From contig JBDRKL010000010.1 in the NCBI GenBank assembly GCA_043814055.1, positions 20,685 through 84,684 of the forward strand: a stretch of DNA of 64,000 nt, written 5' to 3'. The DNA is from an archaeon (lineage in GTDB: Archaea; Undinarchaeota; Undinarchaeia; Undinarchaeales; JBDRKL01). Positions 55,264-63,457 of this stretch are shown in pieces. The position numbers were made by a program, and so were the translations under genes. A model generated the notes under the pieces. The model was not told the DNA's origin. It saw only the letters and a list, made by a program, of their open reading frames with translations, and did not search any database. Numbering within the stretch: the stretch's first letter is position 1; each line of letters begins with the position of its first letter.

Positions 55264-57156
55264 ATGGGCTTTTTCAGCAAGAAGAAAACGTGCTTGAACT
55301 GCGGAGCAAAATATTCTGAAGACGAGTTTTATTGCCCTAAGTGCGGCAATGCCAATTTGCAAGGGAGCAAGCGCAAGAAGCTGAAACCTAGGGTTCATAA
55401 ACTAACTGGAAAGTCAATGCCTAAAGACACTAGGCTAAGTCCAGTACCTCCAAAAAGGCCGAAAGGCCAGCACGGCAAGAAGCCTACAAAGCCAAAAAAG
55501 ACTCTGGTAGAACCTATACCTCCTGCAGTTGCAAAGATGGGGCCTTACGACACTACTGGTATGGGCAAGGAAGAATATTTGGATTCTCTTGACACGATAC
55601 TAAGGGATGAGTACAAATTCCCAGATTCTGATGTATCCAAAATTGTAACTATTCTAGATGAGGAGATAAAAGCGGGCCGTTCAAACCGGACTGCTGCGGA
55701 AAAGCTGAGTGAAATAGTTCCAAAGAAGCAGGCTAAAGCGGTCAGGGAAACAATGGGCAAGCTTCCTCCGATTGCGAACATAGGCAAACCTCCTGAAGAG
55801 AATCCTCTTTTTATTGAAGCCCAGAAAGCGTTTGACAAAGGTGATTTCGGCGAGGTTATTACCCTAATTAACCAACTTGCTGAGAAAGGGCATTTTAGTG
55901 GAACTATTGAAGCCTTGCGGTTAAGGGCTGAAGCTCGTTTGCGATTAAAAGCTATACATCTATCCGACCTTCCGCCTAAGGAGAAAAAGCAAAATTTTGC
56001 AGCTGAAATTGAATCCGTTGACTCGGCGATTCAAGAGCTTGAGTTTGCGCTTGAGGGTGAGAGAGGGATGACAGAGCTTGAGGCTGAGTTGGAAGCTGAA
56101 CTTGACTCTCTGGAAGATGAGCTTGAAGCTAGCCTTGAGGATGAGCTGGAAGCGGAGCTTGAAGATAGCTCTAAACAACAAAATGTTTTCAGACTGATGG
56201 TTAGGAAAATACCTAATCCTGAGTTTTTCTTCAAGATTTACAAAGGCAAACCGCACGATGCTGATGTCGCAGTACTGCGTCCAATTACAATGAAGCGCCA
56301 TGGCATAGAATTCGGCGACACGTTAAAGCTTGCAATTTATAAGAGCAAACAGTCTAAATCAGGGGGGACTCCTCTCTCGCAATTAAAGGCAAAGAGCTTC
56401 AAGGTTGTCGGGAAGAAATACTTAGATGAAATGAAAAAAGTTCGTGATACTGCGGTTGACCAAACGCTGGGTCGCGAGAGCATTTACTTGTTGCCTAGCA
56501 GGCTCAGGCAAGATGGCTTTGTTGAGGGCAAGTTTGTTAATGTTAAATTGGTTAAAGGGGGTATGCGGGCACAGTCTCCGTGGAAAAACCGTGGAAAATT
56601 AGACCGCTTATTTAGTAAAGAAATGCCACCTAGTGGAAATCCTAGCTTAGATGCAATTTTTAAAAAAATTAGTTCATATCGCTCATATTCCAATGGCGGG
56701 TATAAGCTAAAATTAGCTCTTAAAGAAGCTAATACCGCTTTACAACATTATCCAATGCATAGGGAGCGGATATTAGCTCAGCGATCTATACTGTATCATA
56801 AAATGGAGAATTACACTAAGGCTCTTAAGGATTATAATGAGTTATTGTCTATTGATCCTAATTGTCCAGCGTATATGGTGAACCGCGGACTTTTGTATCG
56901 AAATATAGGGGAGTATCACCTTGCACTAGATGACCTTAACCGAGCATTAGAACTTTTTAAAAAGAAGGGTGAAATGCGTTGTGCAAGTCAGGTTGAACAT
57001 GAACTTTTTACCTTGTTAGTGAATGAGGGTGCACACTGCTCCACATGTTCGGAGCTTCTTGACCCCTCTAAATTAACTAAATTAAAAGCCGGCGAAAAAG
57101 CTGAGGTAATATGCAAAAAATGTGGTGCTAAAAACTGGATAGAAATGTTTAACTAA
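55264..57156 (+). CDS. Zn-ribbon / acidic coiled-coil / TPR protein
   Basis: 630 aa. N-terminal CLNCGAKY..CPKCGN. Basic linker. Acidic repeat ELEAELEAELDSLEDELEASLEDELEAELED. A CDC48-N/AbrB-like segment (LRPITMKRHGIEFGDTLKL). C-terminal TPR and a second ribbon CSTCSE...CKKCGA. Confidence 0.6.
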   Translation: MGFFSKKKTCLNCGAKYSEDEFYCPKCGNANLQGSKRKKLKPRVHKLTGKSMPKDTRLSPVPPKRPKGQHGKKPTKPKKTLVEPIPPAVAKMGPYDTTGMGKEEYLDSLDTILRDEYKFPDSDVSKIVTILDEEIKAGRSNRTAAEKLSEIVPKKQAKAVRETMGKLPPIANIGKPPEENPLFIEAQKAFDKGDFGEVITLINQLAEKGHFSGTIEALRLRAEARLRLKAIHLSDLPPKEKKQNFAAEIESVDSAIQELEFALEGERGMTELEAELEAELDSLEDELEASLEDELEAELEDSSKQQNVFRLMVRKIPNPEFFFKIYKGKPHDADVAVLRPITMKRHGIEFGDTLKLAIYKSKQSKSGGTPLSQLKAKSFKVVGKKYLDEMKKVRDTAVDQTLGRESIYLLPSRLRQDGFVEGKFVNVKLVKGGMRAQSPWKNRGKLDRLFSKEMPPSGNPSLDAIFKKISSYRSYSNGGYKLKLALKEANTALQHYPMHRERILAQRSILYHKMENYTKALKDYNELLSIDPNCPAYMVNRGLLYRNIGEYHLALDDLNRALELFKKKGEMRCASQVEHELFTLLVNEGAHCSTCSELLDPSKLTKLKAGEKAEVICKKCGAKNWIEMFN

Positions 57157-57211
57157 GTTATACAGCTAGACGTGTTAATCTACTACATTCACTATTTATT
57201 TTCTCTAAAAC

Positions 57212-57249
57212 GGGCCCGTTGCCTAGCTTGATACGCGTGTCTTCGCACC
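57212..57249 (+). pseudogene. degenerate tRNA-Ala(CGC) 5'-half-like fragment
   Basis: GGGCCCGTTGCCTAGCTTGATACGCGTGTCTTCGCACC aligns with the first ~38 nt of tRNA-Ala at 58000, including GGGCCCGT and the TTCGCA anticodon loop. It has no T-arm or 3' acceptor strand. Confidence 0.45.
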
Positions 57250-57315
57250 TGATACAACTGACTCTCTAATAAAGATATTTAAGCAACCTGCTCTTAATTT
57301 TTCTGAGGTGATTTT

Positions 57316-57822
57316 ATGAATCTTGGTTTTATGAAAGGTAAGCTGGATGTTTCGCTTGAAAACGTCAACTTCTCACCCGGCGATACCATAGCAGGGACTG
57401 TAAAGCTTGAGCTTAAAAAGCCGGTCAAGGCAAGAAAGCTTGTTGTTGCATTTATCGGCGAAAAGACCGTGAGCCAGGCGTCTGTCTCCATAGGGATGGG
57501 GAGTTCACGCCACAAGCCCCAGAACAGGAAGATTTGCATACACAAGTTTGAGATGACGCTGGACGGCGAGAAAGACTACACAATGGGCGAATACCCGTTT
57601 CAGATTGCCGTGCCGAGCGACTTGCTCAGCAGGAACCCGCAGGTGGAAGGCGCGCTCGGCTCAGTAGTGAAAGCCGTGCAGGTGCTTGGCGGCGGCTATT
57701 CAAGGGTGAATTGGTTCGTAACCGCATACCTTGACGTGCCCTTTGGCGTTAATGTCAGCAAGACTGTGCAGGTGAACATAAGCGAGGGCGCAGTCCAGGG
57801 CGGAAGTGTCATAAAGGGCTAG
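57316..57822 (+). CDS. arrestin-N/Spo0M-like beta-sandwich protein
   Basis: 168 aa. The N-terminal pattern FSPGDTIAGTVKLELKKPVKARKLVVAFIGE is typical of arrestin-like/Spo0M proteins. Confidence 0.45.
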   Translation: MNLGFMKGKLDVSLENVNFSPGDTIAGTVKLELKKPVKARKLVVAFIGEKTVSQASVSIGMGSSRHKPQNRKICIHKFEMTLDGEKDYTMGEYPFQIAVPSDLLSRNPQVEGALGSVVKAVQVLGGGYSRVNWFVTAYLDVPFGVNVSKTVQVNISEGAVQGGSVIKG

Positions 57823-57845
57823 TCTTTATTGTGTTTCGTTAAAGT

Positions 57846-57977
57846 GGGCCCGTGGAGCTCTCCGCCTGGCCGCGGAGGATGGCCAGGCCGCATCACTCAA
57901 CACACGTGAAACGTGTGTGCATGAATCACCGCTTTGCGGTGATCCATGTTTGTGATGCTGCGGCCTTACCGGGCTCG
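57846..57977 (+). ncRNA. 132-nt GC-rich structured RNA with a tRNA-like acceptor stem but no T-arm (identity unknown)
   Basis: 5' GGGCCCG pairs with 3' CGGGCTC. Internal helices are CTCCGC/GCGGAG, GGCCGCATCAC/GTGATGC(T)GCGGCC, CACACG/CGTGTG and GATCACCGC/GCGGTGATC. It shares the TAAAGTG-GGGCCCGT 5' context with tRNA-Ala 22 nt downstream. Confidence 0.5.
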
Positions 57978-57999
57978 TTAGCTGGAAGCCAAATAAAGT

Positions 58000-58152
58000 G
58001 GGCCCGTAGCTCAGTCTGGTAGATCGCATCCTTCGCAAGTCAGAACCTAACGGTTCCGACACCTCCCTTGCGGCTTCGCTGCTAAGAGGTAAACGTTCGC
58101 AGGAATGTTTCGAAACAGGATGAGGCCTCGAGTTCAAATCTCGACGGGTCCA
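58000..58152 (+). tRNA. tRNA-Ala(CGC) with a 79-nt intron at 37/38; no encoded CCA
   Basis: Acceptor GGGCCCG/CGGGTCC with the G3:U70 Ala identity pair. Anticodon stem CATCC/GGATG with loop TTCGCAA. T-arm TCGAG-TTCAAAT-CTCGA. Discriminator A. The intron at 58038-58116 contains CTTGCG, complementary to the CGCAAG of the anticodon loop. Confidence 0.85.
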
Positions 58153-58202
58153 TTCTTTTCCAAATCCAAACTATTTTATAATCTCTTAACTTATCTAAAT
58201 CT

Positions 58203-60044
58203 ATGAGGAGATGGCTTGTACTTATCATATTACTTGCATTAATGCCCCTAGCCCAGGCTCAAGAAATCGGCACAGCAGAAATCAGCGTCCCGGCAGTAAG
58301 TATAAACGGCACAGGGGTTATGACTTCTTTGGAAGTTGAGATAATCGAAGGCAAAGGCCGGGTTCTTCTGAGTGCCGAACCCTTGACAGGCCTGCAGACC
58401 CAGAACTCTGAGAGAATTGCAACCGCAATTGCAGAGGAAAAAACTAATGTTGATTTTTCAAAAGTTGATGTAATTTACATGTTTTTTATTCAGGATGCAA
58501 ACGCGATTGAAGGTCCGAGCGCGGGCGCTGCGATGACTGTGGCGACCATTGCCGCTGCTGAGAACAAGGAAGTGCGGAAGGACGCGAGCATCACTGGCAC
58601 AATTCAGAGCGACGGCACAATCGGCGAGGTCGGCGGAGTGATTGAGAAAGCACAAGCTGCGGCAGAAGCCGGGCACAATTACTTCCTGATTCCATACGGC
58701 ACCGAGCTCCAGCCGTACTTTGTTGAAAAAGTTGAGCACCCAGCACCTGGTTGGACAACAACAAGCATTGAGATTGAATACCGCAATATTACAAAGTACG
58801 CAGCAGAGGAGTGGGGCTTGACCATAATCCAAGTGCAGGACATAGATGATGCAGTTGAGATAATGCTTGAGGGCAAGAACTACACAACTGCTAAATTGCC
58901 AAAACTTGAAGATGCTTTAAGCGAATTTTTAACAGTTTCAATTTCTGAAGAGCTTGAGCCAATGAAACAACTCGCTGCGGATTCGCTGGATAAAGCTGCT
59001 GTTGATTTGAACGAAGCGAATGAAGTTTTTGCAGAATATAATGTTAACCCTGACCTGCAGGAAATGCTCGCAATAATACTAGGCAACGCAGAGGATGAAC
59101 TTGCCCTTGGCAAAAAAGCCCTTATGAAAGGTCATCTCTACGGCGCGGCTAACCACGGTTTCAGGGCAAGTGTTGACGCAAAATTTGTCCGGGACTCCAT
59201 TCTCTATAGGGCAAAGGGCGAAAGCGAGCGAACTAAATTTCTGGGCGAACGAATAAGTGAGGTTGATGGACTGCTCACTTCAACCCAGGACAAATTCTCT
59301 GATGCGGAAAAGCTATTGAGCGACACAGGCGCGTTTGAATGGGCTCTTGGCGCTGAAGAGCGGCTGGCACAGGCAGAGGAAGAGCTTTCTGAGAAAGCGA
59401 ACGAGAGCAGCGAGATATTATATTCGCTTGAAATTGCTGAGGCTTGGATTCTAATTGCAGATGATTTCTATGACATTGCACAAGACCAGACGAGCGGCGA
59501 GCACAAGGACCTTGGTGTTTTTGAAAATTTGAGTATTGAGAAAATGCAGAAGCTCAATGCGGAACTTGGGCAATTTCCCAGCGAAGGCGCCTATGGGCCT
59601 GAGTGGCGGTACAGCGTTGCTGTGCGGATGTATGAGAAGGGCTGGTACACTGCGTCATACGTAACTGCAAGTTCTGCGATAAACCGGCTTGAAACCTCAA
59701 GAGAATTCAATTTTAGGTCAAAGGAAGGCATTGTTAATTATGTTGAGCGCGAGATTGGTTCTGTTGAAAAAACTTCAATCTGGGGTTCAATGTACCTTGA
59801 TTATGCTGAGCTTCTTACTTATTACGCAAAGGAAGACCAGAGCTTGGTCCAACTGAACAATGCGCTGATTTACGCGCGGAGCGCGGAAGTTTATAATGAA
59901 GCAAGTGTTATCGCAAGCGAAGCTCCGGATAAGTTTGTTGCGGATAATAATGATTTTGAACTGGTTGTGGTAGTTATCAGTCTGTTTGTAGTTGCATTTG
60001 CGCTTAGATTAAGGCGTTCAAAAAGAAATTTTAAAAGAAATTAG
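58203..60044 (+). CDS. membrane-anchored secreted protein with a Lon-type (S16) protease domain
   Basis: 613 aa. Signal peptide LVLIILLALMPLAQA. IEGPSAGAAMTVATIAA (catalytic Ser block) and ITGTIQSDGTIGEVGGVIEK (Lys block). Long helical C-terminal region and TM anchor VVVVISLFVVAFAL. Confidence 0.7.
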   Translation: MRRWLVLIILLALMPLAQAQEIGTAEISVPAVSINGTGVMTSLEVEIIEGKGRVLLSAEPLTGLQTQNSERIATAIAEEKTNVDFSKVDVIYMFFIQDANAIEGPSAGAAMTVATIAAAENKEVRKDASITGTIQSDGTIGEVGGVIEKAQAAAEAGHNYFLIPYGTELQPYFVEKVEHPAPGWTTTSIEIEYRNITKYAAEEWGLTIIQVQDIDDAVEIMLEGKNYTTAKLPKLEDALSEFLTVSISEELEPMKQLAADSLDKAAVDLNEANEVFAEYNVNPDLQEMLAIILGNAEDELALGKKALMKGHLYGAANHGFRASVDAKFVRDSILYRAKGESERTKFLGERISEVDGLLTSTQDKFSDAEKLLSDTGAFEWALGAEERLAQAEEELSEKANESSEILYSLEIAEAWILIADDFYDIAQDQTSGEHKDLGVFENLSIEKMQKLNAELGQFPSEGAYGPEWRYSVAVRMYEKGWYTASYVTASSAINRLETSREFNFRSKEGIVNYVEREIGSVEKTSIWGSMYLDYAELLTYYAKEDQSLVQLNNALIYARSAEVYNEASVIASEAPDKFVADNNDFELVVVVISLFVVAFALRLRRSKRNFKRN

Positions 60045-60045
60045 A

Positions 60046-60074
60046 AAAGGACGGCTCCTTGAGCCGCCCTTTGA
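60046..60074. terminator. hairpin between convergent genes (Lon-like gene and metK)
   Basis: GGACGGCTC-CTT-GAGCCGCCC: a 9-bp stem with 1 mismatch, flanked by AAAA/TTT and followed by a T-run. Confidence 0.5.
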
Positions 60075-60081
60075 GTTTTTA

Positions 60082-61242
60082 TTAAATTCCAGCGTCTTTC
60101 TTGAGCGCTTCTGCCTTGTCAGTCTTTTCCCAGGTAAAGTCCGGGTCTTCGCGACCGAAGTGGCCGTAAGATGCAGTCTTCCTGTAGATTGGCCTGAGCA
60201 GGTCAAGTGTCTCTATGATGCCTGCCGGGTTCAGCTTAAAGTGCTTTCTGACAAGCTCAACGATTTTCTCATCGTCTATCTTGCCCGTGCCCTTGGTGTC
60301 TATGTGCACCGAGACAGGCTCAGCAATGCCGATTGCGTACGCAAGCTGAAGTTCGCACTTATCCGCAAGCCCTGCTGCCACGATGTTCTTTGCAACGTAT
60401 CTTGCCATGTAAGCTGCACTGCGATCCACTTTTGTCGGGCACTTTCCTGAGAAAGCTCCGCCGCCGTGTGCGCCCATTCCACCATAAGTGTCCACAATAA
60501 TCTTGCGGCCAGTCAATCCAGAGTCTGCAGGCGGTCCGCCTATAACGAATCTTCCTGTTGGGTTCACGTGAATGACTGTGTCATCGTTAATATAGTCGCC
60601 GCAAACCGGCTTGATGACTTTTTCCGTGATTGTCTCGCGGATTTCGTCAAGCTCAACTGTGTCAGCGTGCTGGGTTGAAATAACAACAGTTGTAACGTGC
60701 GTTGGCTTGCCGTTCTCGTACTCAACTGAGACCTGGGACTTGCCGTCTGTGCGAATCCAGGGGATTTCCTTGTTCTTCCGCACTTCAGCGAGCTTCATTG
60801 TGAGCTTGTGCGCCAAGCTGATTGGAAGCGGCATAAGCTCAGGAGTTTCATTGCATGCGTAGCCGAACATCATTCCCTGGTCGCCTGCGCCCTGCTCCTT
60901 GTGCAGACCCTTGTCTGCCTCAACGCCCTGTGCTATGTCCGGGCTCTGCTCGTGCAAAGACACGAGAACCGAGCACTGGTCATAGTCAAAGCCAACATCC
61001 GGCGAGTCATATCCAGCTTCAAATATTACCTTGCGCGCGGTCTTTTGCACGTCAACGTAGCCGGTTGTCTTAACCTCGCCTGCTACAAGAACCAAGCCTG
61101 TGGTGGCCAAGGTCTCAACTGCAACGTGCGAGTTCTTGTCCTGCCTAAGCAGTTCGTCTACTATCGCGTCTGAAATCTGGTCGCAGAGCTTGTCCGGGTG
61201 ACCCTCTGTGACTGATTCTGACGTAAATATTGTTTTTGCCAT
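60082..61242 (-). CDS. metK: S-adenosylmethionine synthetase, bacterial/eukaryal type
   Basis: 386 aa with [34 protein letters not shown] and GGGAFSGK blocks. Confidence 0.9.
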   Translation of the reverse strand: MAKTIFTSESVTEGHPDKLCDQISDAIVDELLRQDKNSHVAVETLATTGLVLVAGEVKTTGYVDVQKTARKVIFEAGYDSPDVGFDYDQCSVLVSLHEQSPDIAQGVEADKGLHKEQGAGDQGMMFGYACNETPELMPLPISLAHKLTMKLAEVRKNKEIPWIRTDGKSQVSVEYENGKPTHVTTVVISTQHADTVELDEIRETITEKVIKPVCGDYINDDTVIHVNPTGRFVIGGPPADSGLTGRKIIVDTYGGMGAHGGGAFSGKCPTKVDRSAAYMARYVAKNIVAAGLADKCELQLAYAIGIAEPVSVHIDTKGTGKIDDEKIVELVRKHFKLNPAGIIETLDLLRPIYRKTASYGHFGREDPDFTWEKTDKAEALKKDAGI

Positions 61243-61318
61243 ATTGTATCACCTTCTTTACGAGGAGAACGACCGGAAGGTATAAATAATTTATGGATTA
61301 TAATATTCTGATTGGAAT

Positions 61319-61960
61319 ATGGATGCACAAAAAAGAAACAACATAATGATAGCCTTTGGCGGGGTATTTATGATGCTAGGAGCTGCATTGTTCACCCCGT
61401 CGCCGCTCAAGATATTTGCAGTGGTTTTTTTTCTCTTGGGTACAATTACCATAGTTGCGCGTATACTTACTGAAAATTATGGTGAAATAAGTCCTGACCA
61501 AGCATTCATTAAAGAGCCGTCTGAAAAAACAGCAGGTTACTTTCTTGGCATAGGCATAATAAGCATATTGGGAATCCTCTTGATGATTTCCATGATACTC
61601 GGCAACCGCATAGAACTCCAAGCGAATGGGACCTTTTCATACCCTTATGCGAGTATAGTAAAACCATTATTTTATACATCATTCCCTCTTTTTGTCATTA
61701 GTATTATCGTATTTGCAATCTCTCAAAGAAGGCGAATAGTTGGGCACGGATTTCTGCTACACCTCCCATTTTTGGGACCGTGGGGTGAGAAAACAGGAAG
61801 GTTTCTGTTCAGGGTATACGGCCTGATAAGCGTAATAGCCGGGTCTGCTGCAATTGCACTAGCAGCCCTGCAAAAACTCCCAGTTACTAGTTATCCACTC
61901 GGGGGCATTATGGTACTGTTCGGCTTGGCATTATTTTTGTATGGGGGGTACAAAGAATAA
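61319..61960 (+). CDS. hypothetical polytopic membrane protein
   Basis: 213 aa with about 6 hydrophobic helices. No family recognised. Confidence 0.5.
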   Translation: MDAQKRNNIMIAFGGVFMMLGAALFTPSPLKIFAVVFFLLGTITIVARILTENYGEISPDQAFIKEPSEKTAGYFLGIGIISILGILLMISMILGNRIELQANGTFSYPYASIVKPLFYTSFPLFVISIIVFAISQRRRIVGHGFLLHLPFLGPWGEKTGRFLFRVYGLISVIAGSAAIALAALQKLPVTSYPLGGIMVLFGLALFLYGGYKE

Positions 61961-61962
61961 AA

Positions 61963-62499
61963 ATGTTGCTTGAAAACATTCAAAAGCGCAGAAAAGCCAT
62001 AGGGCTCACCCAGAGCGAACTCTCACGGCTGAGTGGAGTTTCCCAGAGCACCATAGCGAAAATAGAGAGCAACAAAATCAGCCCGAGTTATCAAATTGCA
62101 AAGGCCATCTTTGATGCGCTGGACGCGCAGGAGCACGAGACATCTGCAAAGGCCGCGGACATAATGACGCGGAAGGTTATCACAATAGACTCAAATGACA
62201 CTGTTCAAACCGCTGGAAAAATAATGAGGGAAAAAGGTATATCTCAGCTTCCTGTGTTTGAGAAAGACCATTTAGTTGGGATTATTTCCGAGCGGATTAT
62301 AGTTGAAAACTTTGACAAGCCCAGCTTGAAGCAGAAGCGAATCAGCGAAATAATGAGCGAGGCGCCGCCCACGATTGCGGAGAACGCCCCAATCAAGCTG
62401 GTCTCAGAGCTGTTAAAATATAGTTCACTCATTGCGGTTTACCACAAATCTGAGTTCAAAGGCATAATAACCAAGTCGGATTTGCTTGGAGTGATATAA
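61963..62499 (+). CDS. XRE-family HTH regulator fused to a CBS-domain pair
   Basis: 178 aa. N-terminal RRKAIGLTQSELSRLSGVSQSTIAKIE HTH. CBS-like IMTRKVITI...GISQLPVF and IMSEAPPTI...GIITKSDLL. Confidence 0.75.
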   Translation: MLLENIQKRRKAIGLTQSELSRLSGVSQSTIAKIESNKISPSYQIAKAIFDALDAQEHETSAKAADIMTRKVITIDSNDTVQTAGKIMREKGISQLPVFEKDHLVGIISERIIVENFDKPSLKQKRISEIMSEAPPTIAENAPIKLVSELLKYSSLIAVYHKSEFKGIITKSDLLGVI

Positions 62500-62679
62500 G
62501 AAATCTTTTTATAAGTGAGAGATGATTAAGAGACGATAAAGTTTGACCAAAGGCAATCAAATTGCTCAGTAGTGCTGCAGCATAACCAATTTGATGCAGC
62601 ACCTCAAGACACATGCGAAGCATGTGTTTGCCTCACGCGCTTTGCGCGTGAAGTTTGATCAAACTTTTCATAAAAGTTT

Positions 62680-62756
62680 GGGCCCGTAGCTTAGTCTGGT
62701 GGAGCGTTCGACTGATAATCGAGAGGTCCTGTGTTCGAATCACAGCGGGCCCACCA
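62680..62756 (+). tRNA. tRNA-Ile(GAU), intron-less, CCA encoded
   Basis: GGGCCCG-TA-GCTT-AGTCTGGTG-GAGC-G-TTCGA-CTGATAA-TCGAG-AGGTC-CTGTG-TTCGAAT-CACAG-CGGGCCC-A-CCA. Confidence 0.9.
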
Positions 62757-62917
62757 CAACCTTTTTCCGGCTTTCGGCCGCAAAAAGCTTGACCAAAAAG
62801 TCTCGCTTCGCTCGTTATTAAGGGCTTCAGCGCAGCTGAACGCCCTTGCTTTACCTCCTCAAGCAGGCGGAGTGATCAAAATCTCGCTGTCGCTCGTATT
62901 TAAAGTTCCCACCACTT

Positions 62918-63406
62918 TTAATAATCCCCTTCACCAAACCACCTGTAATTATCAAAGAAATACTGCTCATTGCTCGGATGATATCGTTTCGTGTTCACAA
63001 TCAATTTGTCGTCGTAATTATACCCCTCAACCCAGGTCGCTTTCACTTCAGGGAAGACCTTGTAAACCACGCCGACCCAGTAGAAGCTCTCCACGCTCGG
63101 GTCTGCCGCGCTGTAAGTGTAATTCAAATGCCCAATACCTTTCTCGTCAATTGTGAAAGAGCGCACGCGGCTCGTGACATTCGCAAAGTCCTCAACCGGA
63201 TGCGCTGCAAGGTATTCAACAATCAAGTCCTCATTGGTTTGGGGTCTCTCGACAACTTCAAGAATAACATTGGCTTTTTGCTCGGGTTGAATTTCAATAA
63301 TCGGGATTATCTCACCAACAATCGGGGTCTGTGCAACCTGCAGAAGCGAGAACAATAACAGAGCTGTTACAGTCCACATTAAAACATTGATGCCACCTTT
63401 TTCCAT
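62918..63406 (-). CDS. secreted or anchored hypothetical protein
   Basis: 162 aa with an N-terminal hydrophobic segment VLMWTVTALLLFSLLQVAQT. The overlapping + ORF 62731..63156 is rejected. Confidence 0.5.
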   Translation of the reverse strand: MEKGGINVLMWTVTALLLFSLLQVAQTPIVGEIIPIIEIQPEQKANVILEVVERPQTNEDLIVEYLAAHPVEDFANVTSRVRSFTIDEKGIGHLNYTYSAADPSVESFYWVGVVYKVFPEVKATWVEGYNYDDKLIVNTKRYHPSNEQYFFDNYRWFGEGDY

Positions 63407-63457
63407 AGTGCAAAAATGTCATCAAAATTATATATACTTAACCCCTAATGCTTAATT

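Noticed and set aside
57846-57977. Structured RNA considered as SRP RNA, RNase P RNA, 5S rRNA or a split or permuted tRNA.
   Set aside because: It is too short and lacks the diagnostic motifs: the SRP GGAAG..AGCA helix-8 motif, the RNase P GAGGAAAGUCC CR-I, and the 5S loop sequences. It also has no GTTCRAATC T-loop. It is kept as an unknown ncRNA instead.
57826-58137. 103-aa minus-strand ORF spanning the structured RNA and tRNA-Ala.
   Set aside because: It overlaps a confidently folded tRNA gene and a GC-rich structured RNA. Its Arg/Ser/Pro-rich translation looks like a GC-driven artefact.
62731-63156. 141-aa + strand ORF starting inside tRNA-Ile.
   Set aside because: It begins within the tRNA, runs through the hairpin and repeat field, and overlaps the better-supported minus-strand 162-aa gene that has a signal-like N-terminus.
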